From: Diadema antillarum
Lineage: Eukaryota
Direction of reading: 5' to 3'
Assembly: GCF_040938485.1 (NCBI RefSeq)
Contig: NW_027271380.1
Location: 682,001-746,000 of the forward strand
DNA: 64,000 bases
In this document: piece after piece, positions 36,134 to 49,544 of the stretch
Layout: every line of letters starts with the position of its first letter
Numbering within the stretch: position 1 is the stretch's first letter
The notes under the pieces: model-generated
Seen by the model: only the letters and a program-made list of their open reading frames with translations
The model's database searches: none
What the model was told of the DNA's origin: nothing
Made by a program: the position numbers and the translations under genes

Positions 36134-36834
36134 GCAACCATGCATCACAAAACCAACAGAAAATCGCACATCCCCATTCTTGCTGAGAACTCAAAACAGG
36201 CAACATGGGTAAACTTAAGTCAATCACTATCTTTTTTTGTTCTGAAAGAACGATTCTTCGTGTACATAATCCTAAAGTTTGGGTTTATAGATCGAAAACA
36301 TTTCTTCGTTTTCTGGAGAATAGTGTGTCGTAGAGGCCCTTTTCATTTCTCAAGAACCTTTTGCAGATTTCCCTTTTACTGTAATTACTTCTGAAAGGAT
36401 GTTGCTATTGCTTTGAAAGTTGTCATCCATCGTGAATATTCAATTCAATTCAATTCAATTCAATTCAATTCAATTCAATTCAATAGAATGTTCCTATTGA
36501 TACTGCATGAACAATTTCGTCATAATCTGATAATCCCTTCCTTGTCTTGGCGTTTTACACCCTGTTTTCGGTTTCATTCATGGCACAGAGCACAGCTTGC
36601 TGACATTAAGTACGTGTACTTGAAAAACTAAACTAAACTAAACTAAACTAAACTAAACTAAACTAAACTCTGGAGCGTATCTTCTCAGAAAACACCTTTG
36701 CAAAATGTGTACATTCCTTCCCTTACTTAGATATTTGAATAGAATCCATTTGCATTTAGTTATACACCAATTTAGAAAGCTAAAAAGAAAAAGTCAATAT
36801 TTTGCGACTTCTCGGCGGTTTTTGTGATCCAGGA

Positions 36835-36837
<3 letters not shown>
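36134..36837 (+). mobile_element. Old, diverged MITE-A-like copy containing (CAATT)n and (AAACT)n expansions
   Basis: Degenerate TIRs CATGCATCACAAAACCAAC...TCGC and GCGACTT...TTTTGTGATCCAGGACC, with internal similarity to the reference. A related fragment lies at ~47350-47570. Confidence 0.65.
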
Positions 36838-36877
<40 letters not shown>

Positions 36878-36879
<2 letters not shown>

Positions 36880-37382
36880 AGTATATGAATATAAGAACGA
36901 CCCAAGTCCATGGAAGACCATTTCGAGTAAACTAAAAAAAAAACTTCATATCTTTTTTGTTTGTCCAATACTATTCTATTTAACTGTGTTGGGAAGGCAA
37001 CATTGTATATACAAATTAGAACATATATTATTATGACAATTAACATTAACATTAATTGTGGAGAGGCCATTTTGTGTGATGGACTTGGGTCATTCTTTGA
37101 TTCATATGGACTTAGGTCGTTCTTTGATTCATATACATGATATTCTGCCATAGAGATGAGAGTAGGACGAGAGAGGGCGCTATAATATGAATATAAGAAT
37201 GACCCAAGTCCTTCATTCTTACATTCATATAAGATTTAACTCATTTATTTCAGGCACTTCCGGGGGTAATTAGGATTTATCATTTATACACAAGATGAGT
37301 CCATGCATAAGCTACAATTTCCCATGTCAAACTGAATTTGGCCAAAAATTGGACTTGGGTCGTTCTTATATTCATATACTCA
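36878..37382. mobile_element. MITE-B, 505 bp, 32-bp perfect TIR, set in a (TA)n context
   Basis: TGAGTATATGAATATAAGAACGACCCAAGTCC (36878-36909) and its reverse complement (37351-37382). The motif recurs internally at ~37081-37135 and ~37184-37211. Confidence 0.85.
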
Positions 37383-38339
37383 TATATATAATAAATTATA
37401 TAAATACACTTGGTGATTCTATCCTTCTATGAAGAGTGCTCGATATCCTCAAAGGAAGAGCTTGAGACAGAAGTATTGGAACAAGTTCACTCGGTTGACA
37501 GCAGGTTCATCCGTATTTATTGCATTTATATGATTTAATATTCAGGAGAGATATAGATTTGTCTCGGTTGGGGGAGGGTTGGTCTGGCTTTTTATGACTG
37601 ATTTCATTCTAGATTTGTATAATGTATTTGTTTTTTTTTAATGTATTGATTATGCCCTTGTAAGTAAGAAGGTGTTACATGATCCTAACCAATATATTCA
37701 AGGGATATAGGTTTGGTACATGTCAAAACTTTCTTGTGAAAAATTTGTTAGTAGGGTTGATCTATAATCGAGTTATCTATGTTGAATTGAGATTATTATT
37801 TGTAGTATATAAATTGACAAATGAATTTGTTTTTGTTTCGAATTGCATTTGTAACGTTTTTGTTAATGTTACACTCAGAATGGGTCGATTTATGAATGAT
37901 TTGAATGAAATTAATAAATATCAAGGAAAAACAAAAAAAAGTGTTGAGGTGGTTTATTTGCATTGTGAGGATCTGTTTGAGTGTTTGTTGGTGTTTGTTT
38001 GTAATACGTATGTATTGGCGGTGTGCATATGGTAGTTCGTTTGTGCTAAAATCAACTATCGATTGAGAAATTATTTACGGCGTGTCGAAACTATTCGCTC
38101 ATGCATAAAGCATGCCAAACTCATTCTGGGACAAAGAATAGTGATAATATTATGGACGTTGTAGTTAAGACTGATGGAAGAATAATTGCATATGACTTCA
38201 GTGAAAAATGAACAAAGACAGAAAACATTTAGGAAGGGTACCTCCCTGGTATGCATTTTCTCTCGGTCTTTCTCTCGCCTAGCCCGCCTCTCCGCTGAAA
38301 TTGACACACCCATACTATTTTGAAATCTATAAACACATG

Positions 38340-38371
<32 letters not shown>

Positions 38372-38377
38372 CACACG

Positions 38378-38545
38378 CAGCTATACGCAAACGCATACAC
38401 AAGTCACTTATTGTACGCACTTACAAATCATACACAGCACATGCCATGCAGCCCCCAATACACACAGCTATACGCAAACGCATACACAAGTCACATATTA
38501 TACGAACCTACAAATCATACACAGCACATACTATGCAGCCCCCAG
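38378..38545 (+). repeat. 87-bp direct duplication (2 copies) between (CA)n tracts
   Basis: CAGCTATACGCAAACGCATACACAAGTCAC... starts at 38378 and again at 38465. Confidence 0.9.
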
Positions 38546-38600
<55 letters not shown>

Positions 38601-38659
38601 ACGCACACATACACATAACTTACCAGTCATACACACCCCACCAAAGCATAACACCGGAG

Positions 38660-38895
38660 CAACCACCCCGAGCTGGGGGCGACAATTTTTGACGGGGCGA
38701 CAATATTTACGTCGCTCAACAATTTGTTTGCCATCATAAATTGTCGCCATCGAGGTCAAAAATTGGGAACTGCATAAGCGTCAAAAATTGTCGCGAGACG
38801 ACAATTTATGACGGGGCGACATTCTTTTAATAACGCCAACTCCGTCAAAAATTGTCGCCCCGAGCCGGGGGCGACAATCTTTGTCGCAACACACG
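38660..38895. repeat. Cluster of GGGGCGACAATTTTTGACG motifs in both orientations (probable transposon fragment)
   Basis: At least six variants of the motif are visible, next to the assembly gap. Confidence 0.6.
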
Positions 38896-38964
38896 TCTAT
38901 GTGCAAGTTTTGCTGCCAATATATTAACTGTCCTTGCACCACCCCGCAATGTTCTGGTCAAGTC

Positions 38965-39100
38965 NNNNNNNNNNNNNNNNNNNNNNNNNNNNNNNNNNNN
39001 NNNNNNNNNNNNNNNNNNNNNNNNNNNNNNNNNNNNNNNNNNNNNNNNNNNNNNNNNNNNNNNNNNNNNNNNNNNNNNNNNNNNNNNNNNNNNNNNNNNA
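38965..39100. other. Assembly gap (136 N)
   Basis: Run of N. Confidence 1.
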
Positions 39101-39772
39101 ACGAACATAAAGTCGCGGTCGCACACACTGATTTTGCGTGAGGACTGAAATAAATGAAATGGGTCAACCTAGCCGAACTTGACTTTTTCATATTTTCTGA
39201 AAGAGCAAGTCTTCTTTTACATTATGCTAAAATTTGGTATCATAAAACGGGCAGGAAAGTGTGTTTTTTTAGCAGTTTATCTCAAACATTTTTGGTAGAA
39301 TAGTGTGATTAGGTGTGTCTGTAGAATCCCATTTTCATTTCTGAAAAACCTTGTCCACACTCTTCACTTTCAACTCTAATAACTTTTGAAAGGATAGTGA
39401 TACTACTTTGAAAGTTTGCATTAATCATGGACAGAATGTGATAATGAGGCATATTTAATTTCAGTTTAATCTGATAATCTCTTCATTGTTGTTACTCTGG
39501 TTGTTTACTTCCTGTTTTTTGCCCCGTTCATCGCACAACCAGCATGGTTTGGTAAAGATTAAGCGCTTGAATAGACACTGTACTTCAGAGCCTCTTTTCT
39601 CAGTTCACACTTTTCCTGAGTTTGTGCTTTCTTTCCAATATTTAGATAGGTTAGGAGAGTCCATTTTATTTGAGTTATACATCGTTTTAAAGCTTAAAGT
39701 CTGCTCTTTCAGAATATAGTCTCAACTAAAAATCAATGTCTGTCGACTTTTTGTTTTTTTTGAGGTGCAGGG

Positions 39773-39776
<4 letters not shown>
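39101..39776 (+). mobile_element. MITE-A copy (left end falls in the assembly gap)
   Basis: High similarity to 52516-53206; right TIR followed by (TA)n. Confidence 0.88.
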
Positions 39777-39807
<31 letters not shown>

Positions 39808-40479
39808 GATTATATGTATTATATACATATATATACATATACATATATATGGAAAGATATATGTGTGTATATATATTTTATGCATACATATACATAATAT
39901 GTTCAATAATTCGTACCCTACATGTTTGCTTCATGTTTGCAACAAGTGCTTTAATAGTAATATTCAACTTATAATATTTTGGCAACAATAACAGTTAATG
40001 AGGGGGAAAAGGGGTATATCTAGCGACGTCAAATTTTTAACGAGGTTTTTAACATCACACCTTGTGCCAGTCAAGGTGCCAATTTAAATCATCAAGAAGG
40101 CTTAAGACATGTACACATGATGTCCCCATTGACCATGATTGTACGTCCTGTATAAAACTGTTCTTAAAGTAACGAACGACTTAAGAACTTCTGGAACACG
40201 TTCTGATGTGCTATACTTATCAGCATTTCAATAATTCAGCACAAGAACTGATCACCAGCCGTTCTTAAAGTTGTTCTTAGCCTAAGAACAGCTTTATGAA
40301 ACAGGGCCATGTTATTGAAGGCATTATAAAAAAAAAATTCCATCCGCCTGTATTTATGTCTTCGATGTGTATCAAGTTATTAAGTAGAAGAGGAAGTATA
40401 TAAGAGAGTATGACACCAACCGACTCCAACGAAAAAAAAAAAAGAACAACTTGTGAAACTTGTTTGGTGAAATATGTCC

Positions 40480-41576
40480 GTCACCGTGCATCACAAAACG
40501 AACCAAACGTCGCATCCCCCCCCCTTTTTTTAGGTAAAGACTCCAAAAAGGTGAAACAGGTCAACCAAGTCAATCTTGAACTTTTTTATATTTTCTGAAA
40601 GGGCTAGTCTTAGTCTACATTATTCTTCAGTTTGGGGTCATAATATGAATTGGAAAGTGTGTTTTCAGCAGTTTTTCTATAACCTCTCTTTTTTTGGAGA
40701 GAAGTGTGATCAGGTAAGTCTTTAGAGCTCCCTTTTCATTTCTTTAAAATTCCATGCACACCCTTCACTTTTAACTCTAATCATTTTTGAAAAGGTAGTC
40801 CTACCGCCTTAAAAATTGGCAGTAGTCATGGACAGAATGTGTTAAGTGAGCATGCCTAATTTCAGCTTATGTTATATGAGATCCTGCATCACAAAACCAG
40901 TAAAAGTCGCCAGACATGGATTTTTAGTTGAGAGCAGATGCTAAAAAAACAGACTTTAAGTTTTAAAATGATTTATAACTCAATTAATAATGGACTCTCA
41001 ATCTAAATGTCTCATCTAAATACTGGAGAGAAAGCACACACTCCTGGAAAGTGTGAATTGAGAGAAAAGACTCTTAAGTGCGTGGTCTCTTCAAGCGCTT
41101 AATCTTTACCAAGCTGTGGTAGCTGTGTGATGAATAAGACAAAAAAAAAAAAAAAAAAAAAAAAAAACAGGACATAAACCACCGGAGCAGCAACAATGAA
41201 GATATTTTTAGAGTAAACTAAAATCGAGTGTGCTTTATCAACACATTTTGTCCATGATTAACGCCAATTTTCAAAGCAGTAGCCTCATCATTTCTAAAGT
41301 TGAAATTGACGACTGTGTACAGTGAAAGGGGGACCTATGAGACACACCTATAATCAAACTATTCTACAAAAGAAGTGTTCGAGAAAAACTGTTAGAAACC
41401 CAATGTTGTAATCGTTTTATGATACCAAACTATAGCATGATGTAGAAGAAGACATGCTCTCTCAGAAAATATGAAAAGCTGACTAGGTTGACTAGGTTGA
41501 CCCATGTCACCAATTTTCAGTCCTCACACAAAATCAGTGCATGCGCCTTTTTATTGGTTTTTTGATGCACGGTCAC
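40480..41576. mobile_element. Two abutting MITE-A copies: partial + copy 40480-~40870 and full minus copy 40878-41576
   Basis: TIR-like GTCACCGTGCATCACAAAACG at 40480, GAGATCCTGCATCACAAAACC at 40878 and GATGCACGGTCAC ending at 41576. Confidence 0.8.
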
Positions 41577-42554
41577 ATAATTATGGAGTGTTATGCATTC
41601 CATATCGCGCAGAGAGCATTACGAATATATTGTCACGTAGGGACCTTGGCCAGTGAGCAACCTACCCTGCAGTCCACTTGACCATGTCAATAACACAATG
41701 ACATACATTAAATTTGTAAGAACCATAACTGAATGAAGAAAATTTGTTGTGGCTAGTGTTTAGTTATAAAGTATTTTTTTTTTCAATTTCGTTCATTCTT
41801 ACAATTTACCTTTGATGCTTTAGTCTATTGAAAACCAAGAGAGAATGAAAGCAAGTAAAGGCATTGGTGATCAAAATTTTGTTGGAACATCAGTGTAGCA
41901 CTGCCATCAACTGCCTTGAGCTAACTGGGCTCAAATCCGAGGCTACGTCTTTTTTTTTCACTTCGTATTCATGATAAAAGCATACAATGTTATTCAAAGA
42001 GAGTAGAAGAAATTAAAAGAATACAATTCTGTGATATGTTCTGTGGTATGTTCTGTCGGGTGGTATTTGAAAAGAGTGCACATCAGCAACCGATGAGGTA
42101 AAGTGCATCGTATCGTGATCTGTAAAGAAAATCGATCATCTCTTTTGAGTTTGCGATTTTCCACCAGGTAATATCGATTAGTATCAAAGGTGCATTGTGC
42201 TGTAAAGTACTAGGAAGTTTAAGTGGCCTTCAGAGCCACGTCCTTTCTTTCGAAGTGGCCAATTACCTCAAAGCACATGCAATAGAAGGGGAGAATAAAA
42301 AAAGCAAAAACAAGAAAGCAACCGAGTAAGCCAATGAACAGAAACTACAAAAAAAGACATTAAAGAATAATACGCCTTATCAAGAGTTTAAAGCATAACA
42401 TTTATGTTTAAAAAACGACTCCTTAATTCCTATAAAAATCAGGAAGAATTTGTCAAGCAAGAAAAAGTACTCGTCTGCCCCCCTCCACCCCCAAATCTTG
42501 TTTTGTTTCGGTATGACATAATATTGCTGTGTTACGATTCCTTGCTTACATGAC

Positions 42555-42695
42555 TATAAGTAGTGAGTACCACTTACGGTGATATACATCTCGTTGAAAC
42601 GTCGCACGGTCCCGTCTTACCATAATTATTGCACTCTTCGGAAGGACTTTAATAATTCTCCTGTACGGATAGGAGATTATCACAGAGGGGTAAGT
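42555..42695 (+). promoter_or_regulatory. Putative promoter/non-coding exon 1 of copy 5
   Basis: TATAAG at 42555; donor GGG|GTAAGT at 42690; acceptor at 43748-43749. Confidence 0.55.
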
Positions 42696-43816
42696 TTGAA
42701 GTTTAGTTCATTCACGTTTCCTATCTTATTAGAGCCAATCGAGAACCCAATCTACGTTGTACTTATCTATTTATTTTTTGATAACAGATTTCAACGATCC
42801 TCATTTTAACAGCAAGAGCTAATTTGAATTCTGATTCAAAACTGATTAGTTTAAATTTAGAAACGGCATGTCATGTTGACTCTCTTCCTAAATGCATGAT
42901 CAAAACATAATTACATGAGTGATCATTATCGCAATGCCACGCAATAATAAAAAGACATAACACCTGAATTAGTTTCTCTGAGAACCCAGCTCTAGACTTT
43001 TCTTTGTTGTTTTACGTTAACATGACATCTCCAAAGTTGACGTTATCTTAGTTTCCGCACTGTCCCTGTACGGCAATAGGCCTATCTGTAAAATCTAGTA
43101 TCTTTCATAACTGCCATGATATTACAGTTGCAAAGAAATCGATATCAAAATTGCCACAAATAAAACCTTATCATATTGCAGAAAAAATATAAATATGAAG
43201 TTTTCTGATTTTGATATTGAAGAATTTTCTGGAACTTAAAAATTTTACTTGTAAATGATTTGTTGAAACATTATTTTTTTTTTCTCCCCAAAATACTTCA
43301 CAGACAGGTTGAAAAGCTGCAAGTGCTGAAAATATACACAATTTTTGAGAATCCATTACAATGTAGACTAAGAAACGTCCATATAAACTGAGGAGAAAGA
43401 AAGAGAGAGGAAAGAAGAACGTACAGTCTTAAGGCGTTCAAACTTAAACAATATAAACAGTCAACAGCTAACCTACTTGCGAATTGGTTAGGTTTATAGC
43501 TGTGTCAAATCAAAATTATTTTGATAAATCTGACGAGAATAATTCTATCAATAGTTGCATGAATTGATGATATAAGCACAGATTTTATAGCCCGGAAGAG
43601 CGTAACACACCTGCTACGCGGCTCGTTATTCCTCGTGTATCATTCCCTTCAACGTGAATGCATGTTGCCTCTTTTAAATGGAATTGGAACGTTTGGAAAG
43701 TGTGTGCACTAAATATTTTTATTTGTGATTCATCTCATATTTCTTGCAGCTTGGACAATACACTGTTTTTGTTTTGAGGGAGCTGCGTTACATCTACAAA
43801 AGGCGTTTACAGCAAA

Positions 43817-44903
43817 ATGAATACCGAGCTCAACAGTTCACAATGGGAGAATCAACGGGAGATGTACACAACTGATTTTGAAATGACAGAACTCGAACAA
43901 ACAATGACTTGGTCCTGGCATCCCATGCTGTGGTCGTGGTATGTCATTGGAGAACTGGTAACCGCAGTACTCGGAATCATAGGAAACCTCCTTGTGATTG
44001 TCGTCATTTTCTGTCGCCGTTCGAAGAGTAGATCTACCGATATTCTGGTAGGTCACCTGGCGTGTGCTGATTTACTGACATCGCTGTTCCTGGTTCCATA
44101 TCCTGATATAAACACCATCCCATACACATGGTTTGGAGCCATATTCTGCAAGGTCATTAAGGGAAATTACTTGATGTGGACATCGGTGACTGCATCAATA
44201 TACATGCTATCGGCCGTATCGATTGATCGCTACTTTGCTGTCGTGTATCCATTGCATTTTAAGCGTTTCATCAGTCGCCGACTCGTCATTGCGGTTGTCG
44301 CCATGATTTGGATCGGTGCCTCCGTTCTCATGATCCCGATACTTTTGATCAACAACGCAGACGTTATCCCCGGAAAATGCATATTTCATTTACCATTTCC
44401 GAAACTCCAGGTCGGCTTCGGCTTGTTCACTTTCATCATCCGACTCGCCATTCCCACAATAATCATGCTGTTCACCCAGGTTACTATCGCTCGCGTCCTC
44501 CGACGGGAAGCTTCTCGTTTCAAATTACAGAAGACGGCGCAGTCGCTACCTTCCTCTTTCCACGACGTCGCACGAGCCCGCGTTCTTGAGCTTCTGCTCC
44601 TGGTCGTGGTGGTGTATATAGTTTGCTGGGCCCCAGACCAGCTAGCTTTTCTCTCCTTCAACCTCGGGCTAGTGCCCGACTCACTTCGCCAGTCCTCTCC
44701 ATCGCATCCTAATCGTTCTCGCCTTTTGCAACTCTTGCGCTAATCCGATCATTTACACTTTTCGCCACCAAAAATTCCGGAGGGCTGCCAAAGATTTGTT
44801 CAAAGGAGTTAGTGCAAGTAGATCGCCGATATTTGAAGAATTCGTTTCCGAAAACTGTCGGAACACAACCCCACAAGATGTCGCAAAGCACCAAAACTAT
44901 TGA
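43817..44903 (+). pseudogene. Type A GPCR copy 5, frameshifted in ECL3 at ~44680
   Basis: GACTCACTTC here versus GACTCTCACTTC in copy 3, a 2-bp deletion. The shifted frame continues as HFASPLHRIL...NPIIY...KHQNY to a stop at 44901-44903. Confidence 0.88.
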
Positions 44904-45504
44904 AAACATACTAAAAAATCAAATCACTTTAAGTCTTAGGAACCCAAAATGTTTCTCTGTACATACAAATTCATAATAATTAGTAATGATTATAGTATTA
45001 AACAGAGGTCACTTCTGAGCATTACCACTTTTTCAAAGAAACTTTGAATGTTCATGATTTCAAAGGCGATTAATGTTTTATAATATCCGATACAATTATA
45101 TCAAATGATTTTAATAACAAAATACAAAGGCAAATCAGCGAGTACATCGTCAGGTTCTTCTCATTTCATCAAACGGAATGGATAAGAGAAGAAATAAATA
45201 ATCATTCTTCTGCGCTGTCATTCATACGCCGAAGACCAGCGTGTACTTTTAATCTGACAAGAAGACGAAGTTTGAATGGTAGCGATGTCGAGTCGGCTTG
45301 GAATCGGCTTCTTCCGGGCGACTTTTCATCAGAAGGATGGCGGTTGTTAAGCACTGCAGAAGTATTACAAGCAGGTAAAATATCGTGTGTGCGGAATAGG
45401 GTATTGATAACGGGGTGGGTTTTGACCTAATGAATAATCAGATGATATGTTGAGAAAATGTTGCCACCTTTTAACAGGTCCTGATGAACGAACACAAGAC
45501 TCAC

Positions 45505-46410
45505 CAAAATGACAACAGTCGTGCATCTCAGCTGTCTACTAACCCATTTGTTTGTATTCATTGATTTATTCATTGATTTGTTACTTTCTTCTTATTATCA
45601 TTACTTTTTTAGTGACAAGCAGTCGAGGCGTTTATTGGTAATCGTTATTTTCCCTTGCCAGTGATAGGCATCTTAACGGGTGTCTTAATAAGTAATCTAG
45701 TGTTATGGATGCATGATTATTGCATTGGCACATCACAGTTATGCGGAGGAAGTGTGAAATAAAGTAGAGTTCCACAAGATGGATGAACCGACCATACACC
45801 TTGTTTAAGAAGCTGGGTTATAGAGATTGGGATTATGATGGTCTTGTTTTAGTCCAATTTAACCTTCGTAACACTAGGCATGGTTAATTTCCTAACCTTA
45901 GTCATCTTAATTCGTTTTCCCGGAGTCTTATCTATTCAAAAAAGTTGACCGGAGCAGTGTTCTATAAAGTTAAACAAGGGAACTGTGTGATGTGGATGTC
46001 AGTAACGTCGTCTACGTACTAACTCCGAGCCGTTTCCTGTTATAGCTTTTTCACTATTTTACGTTATCTACTTTAACAGCCCGACAATCGTCGACATGTT
46101 AATGCCGTTGTCTTCGCTTGGTCCAGCTCAGCATTTGTGGTCATTCCTAAATATGTGACTAATTGTATAGTAAGAGCGGTGATATAGAGGAAATTGCAGT
46201 TTTCAGTCAATTCCAAAGGACATTCAAATTTCAGACGGAAATTTCGTGAGCATTGCCCGATCACTCACGCGACCCCTCGCCATGTCTCTTCCTCCACTCT
46301 CCATCGCTCAGGCACTTCACCGCGAGGCCGTTCGCTTTATGGCGACGGAAATATTTAACTTAACAAAGTCGCCAGAGTATTCACCAAACCAAGGGTCCTT
46401 CTCATCTAAT
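45505..46410 (+). pseudogene. Decayed type-B-like GPCR, unit 5 (3' part lost)
   Basis: Near-identical to the unit 3 pseudogene. TM3 block at 45950-46040, TM5/ICL3 at 46250-46350. Confidence 0.82.
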
Positions 46411-47933
46411 ATTTATTTTGCAAGCAACGTATGTATGAAATGCTACCAGCAGTGTGGGCCCATATACAATTATGAAGCAGGATCCCATAAATCAAATCAA
46501 TTTATATCAACCTGATCAAAATTACCTAAAATCAAATCATACTATACTATCAACCAAATAGAGGAGGCAACTATTGTGCTTTGGCTAGTTACCAAGTATT
46601 TTCTTCACTGTGTAGATTAACGTTGTGATCTTTCTGAAATCGAATATTAAAAAAAGCCTGTTTTCTGTTTTAGCCTAATTTCGGACTCCTATATTTTGTA
46701 CTTTTAGCATACCGTACGACCTTGTTCATGTAAAGGAGGGTTTGGTGAAAGTTGAGTTCCTGAGTGTAGGGATACTTGTGCCGTATGACAGATATGTGTT
46801 ATAAAGCATTATGTTCGAATTCCTGTTTACAAGTATTTGATCATCACATTTTTTGTTTAAATTTGTCACACTCATGTATTATTTTGAATTTACCAAAGAA
46901 CCCACACACTACGTGTAGGATCTTTGATTTTACAATTTGAGAAACTAAATGAATACAAACGAACGAACGCTCTTTTAGTCTCTTTTTTTTTTTGTGGCTC
47001 AGCTTACATGGAATGATGTTCGTATGAACACTTTTAGTTATAAGAAAATAAACCAAAGAAACAATGTTGTTCCCGTAAAATGCAATTTTGTCAGATTTTT
47101 TTTTTTTATATTGGAAATATCAGTTCCTCTAAGAAAAAAAAAATGTTTCAATCTTTAAGTGTGTTGTTCTATTGTGTACGTTTTTAAATGAAAGGTGTTG
47201 AAATTGTATAGCTTTTTTTTTTGCATCCTGTTTGAGTAATTTAGATGTGGTTCGACCCCCCCTCCAAAAAAAACAAACACACACAACAAACAAAACAAAA
47301 CAAGACAAACAAACAAAAATGCCCTTGTTAAACTCGAGCCTTCAAGAGGGGTTGCGGTGCAGAGAGCACAGCTTCCTGCCATTATATTCACTTTAAAAAA
47401 CAAAGAACCCCCCCCCCCAACAAAACAAAGACAAAAAAACAAAAAAAAAAAAAACAAAACAGAAACTCTGTAACCTTTTTTTCACAGAAAACACTTCTGC
47501 AGAGTGTGTACATTCTTCCCCATACTTAGAAATTTTGATAGAGCCAATTTGTATTGAGTTATACACAAGGAGCAAAATGTGATATGCATTTGACTTGGTA
47601 TGATTGTAATTGTTTGTTTTTGTATGTTTTCAGAAATGTTATCAAGCATTGTAGTAATCACTCTTAGCGATGGAATCATTTTCTCACATGTATTATGTTT
47701 GCTGGCATATATGGCACGGTAATCATTACTGATATGTTTAAAAAAATAAAGGTCAATTCTGTTGTGCAATATTCAAGATTTATATTTGTTTTGTTTTCCT
47801 TACTTTATGTATATTTCATACTTTGTATTATTATATTTCAATGTTTTCATACTGATTCACATAAAATGTATGTAATTCAGCCTGCGGGTTGCTATGCATG
47901 TTATCCCCCCCCCCCAAAAAAAAAATATTTATA

Positions 47934-47974
<41 letters not shown>

Positions 47975-47975
<1 letters not shown>

Positions 47976-48660
47976 TGGCCGTGCACCTCAAAACAAACAT
48001 AAAGTCGCACACACTGATTTTGCGTGAGGACTGAAAATAAGTGAAATGGGTCAACCTGGCCGAACTTCACTTTTTCATATTTCTGAAAGAGCGGGTCTTC
48101 TTTTACATTATACTAAAATTTAGTATCATAAAACGGGCAGGAATGTGTGATTTTTAGTAGTTTATCTCGAACATTTTTGGTAGAATAGTGTGATTAGGTG
48201 TGTCTTTAGAATCCCTTTTTCACTTCTGAAAAACCTTGTCCACACTCTTCACTTTCAACTCTAATAAGGTTTGAAAGGATAGTGCTACTACTTTGAAAAT
48301 TGGCATTAATTATGGTCAGAATGTGTTAATGATGCATGCATAATTTCATTTTAATCTGATAATCCCTTCATTGTTGTTACTCTGGTGGTTTACTTCCTGT
48401 TTTTTGTCCCATTCATCGCACAGCCTGCACGGTTTGGTAAAGATTTAGTGCTTGAGTAGACACTGTACTTCAGAGCCTCTTTTCTCAGTTCACGCTTTTC
48501 CTGAGTTTGTGCTTCCTTTCCAATATTTAGATAGGTAAGGAGAGTTTATTTGATATAAGTTATACATCATTTTAAAGCTTAAAGTCTGCTCTTTCAGAAT
48601 ATGGTCTTAACTAAAATTCATCTCTGGCGACTTGTTGTTTGTTTTGAGGTGCAGAGTCAC
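47975..48660 (+). mobile_element. MITE-A copy
   Basis: Both TIRs present; flanked by ATAA and ATAT. Confidence 0.9.
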
Positions 48661-48784
48661 ATATAAATGTATATAATATCATTCATTATTTTTTTATCCT
48701 AATCTGCCCTTAACTTAAGACCAATATCTGGTGACATTTTGACAGTTTTGTCATGCAGGTTCATATATGTATATATACATATAT

Positions 48785-49472
48785 GTGACCCTGCACCTCA
48801 AAACAAACAAAAAGTCGCCAGACATGAATTTTTAGTAAAGACCATATTCTAAAAGAGCAGACTTTAAGCTTTAAAGTGATGTATAACTCAAATCAAATGG
48901 ACTCTCCTAACCTATCTAAATATTGAAAAGAAAGCACAAACTCAGGAAAACTGTGAAGTGAGAAGAGAGGCTCTGAAGCACAGTGTCTATTCAAGCGCTT
49001 AATCTTTACCAAACCGTGCTGGCTGTGAGATGAATGGGACAAAAAACAGGAGGTAAACCACCAGAGTAACAACAACAAAGGGATTATCAGATAAATCTAA
49101 AATTAAGCATGCCTCATTAACACATTCTGACCATAATTAATGCCAACTTTCAAAGCAGTAGCACTATCCTTTCAAAAGTTAATAGAGTTGAAAGTGAAGA
49201 GTGTGGACAAGGTTTTTTCAGAAATGAAAAAGGGATTCTAAAGACACACCTAATCACACTATTCTACCAAAAATGTTCGAGATAAATTGCTAAAAAATAC
49301 ACTTTCCTGCCCGTTTAATGATACCAAATTTTAGCATAATGAAAAAGAAGACCCGCTCTTTCATAAAATATGAAAAAGTCAAGTTCGGCTAGGTTGACCC
49401 ATTTCACTCATTTTCAGTCCTCACGCAAAATCAGTGTGTGCGACTTTATGTTCGTTCTGAGGTGCACGGTCA

Positions 49473-49473
<1 letters not shown>
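48785..49473 (-). mobile_element. MITE-A copy, inverted relative to 47975-48660
   Basis: Both TIRs present; reverse complement of the reference. Confidence 0.9.
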
Positions 49474-49544
<71 letters not shown>

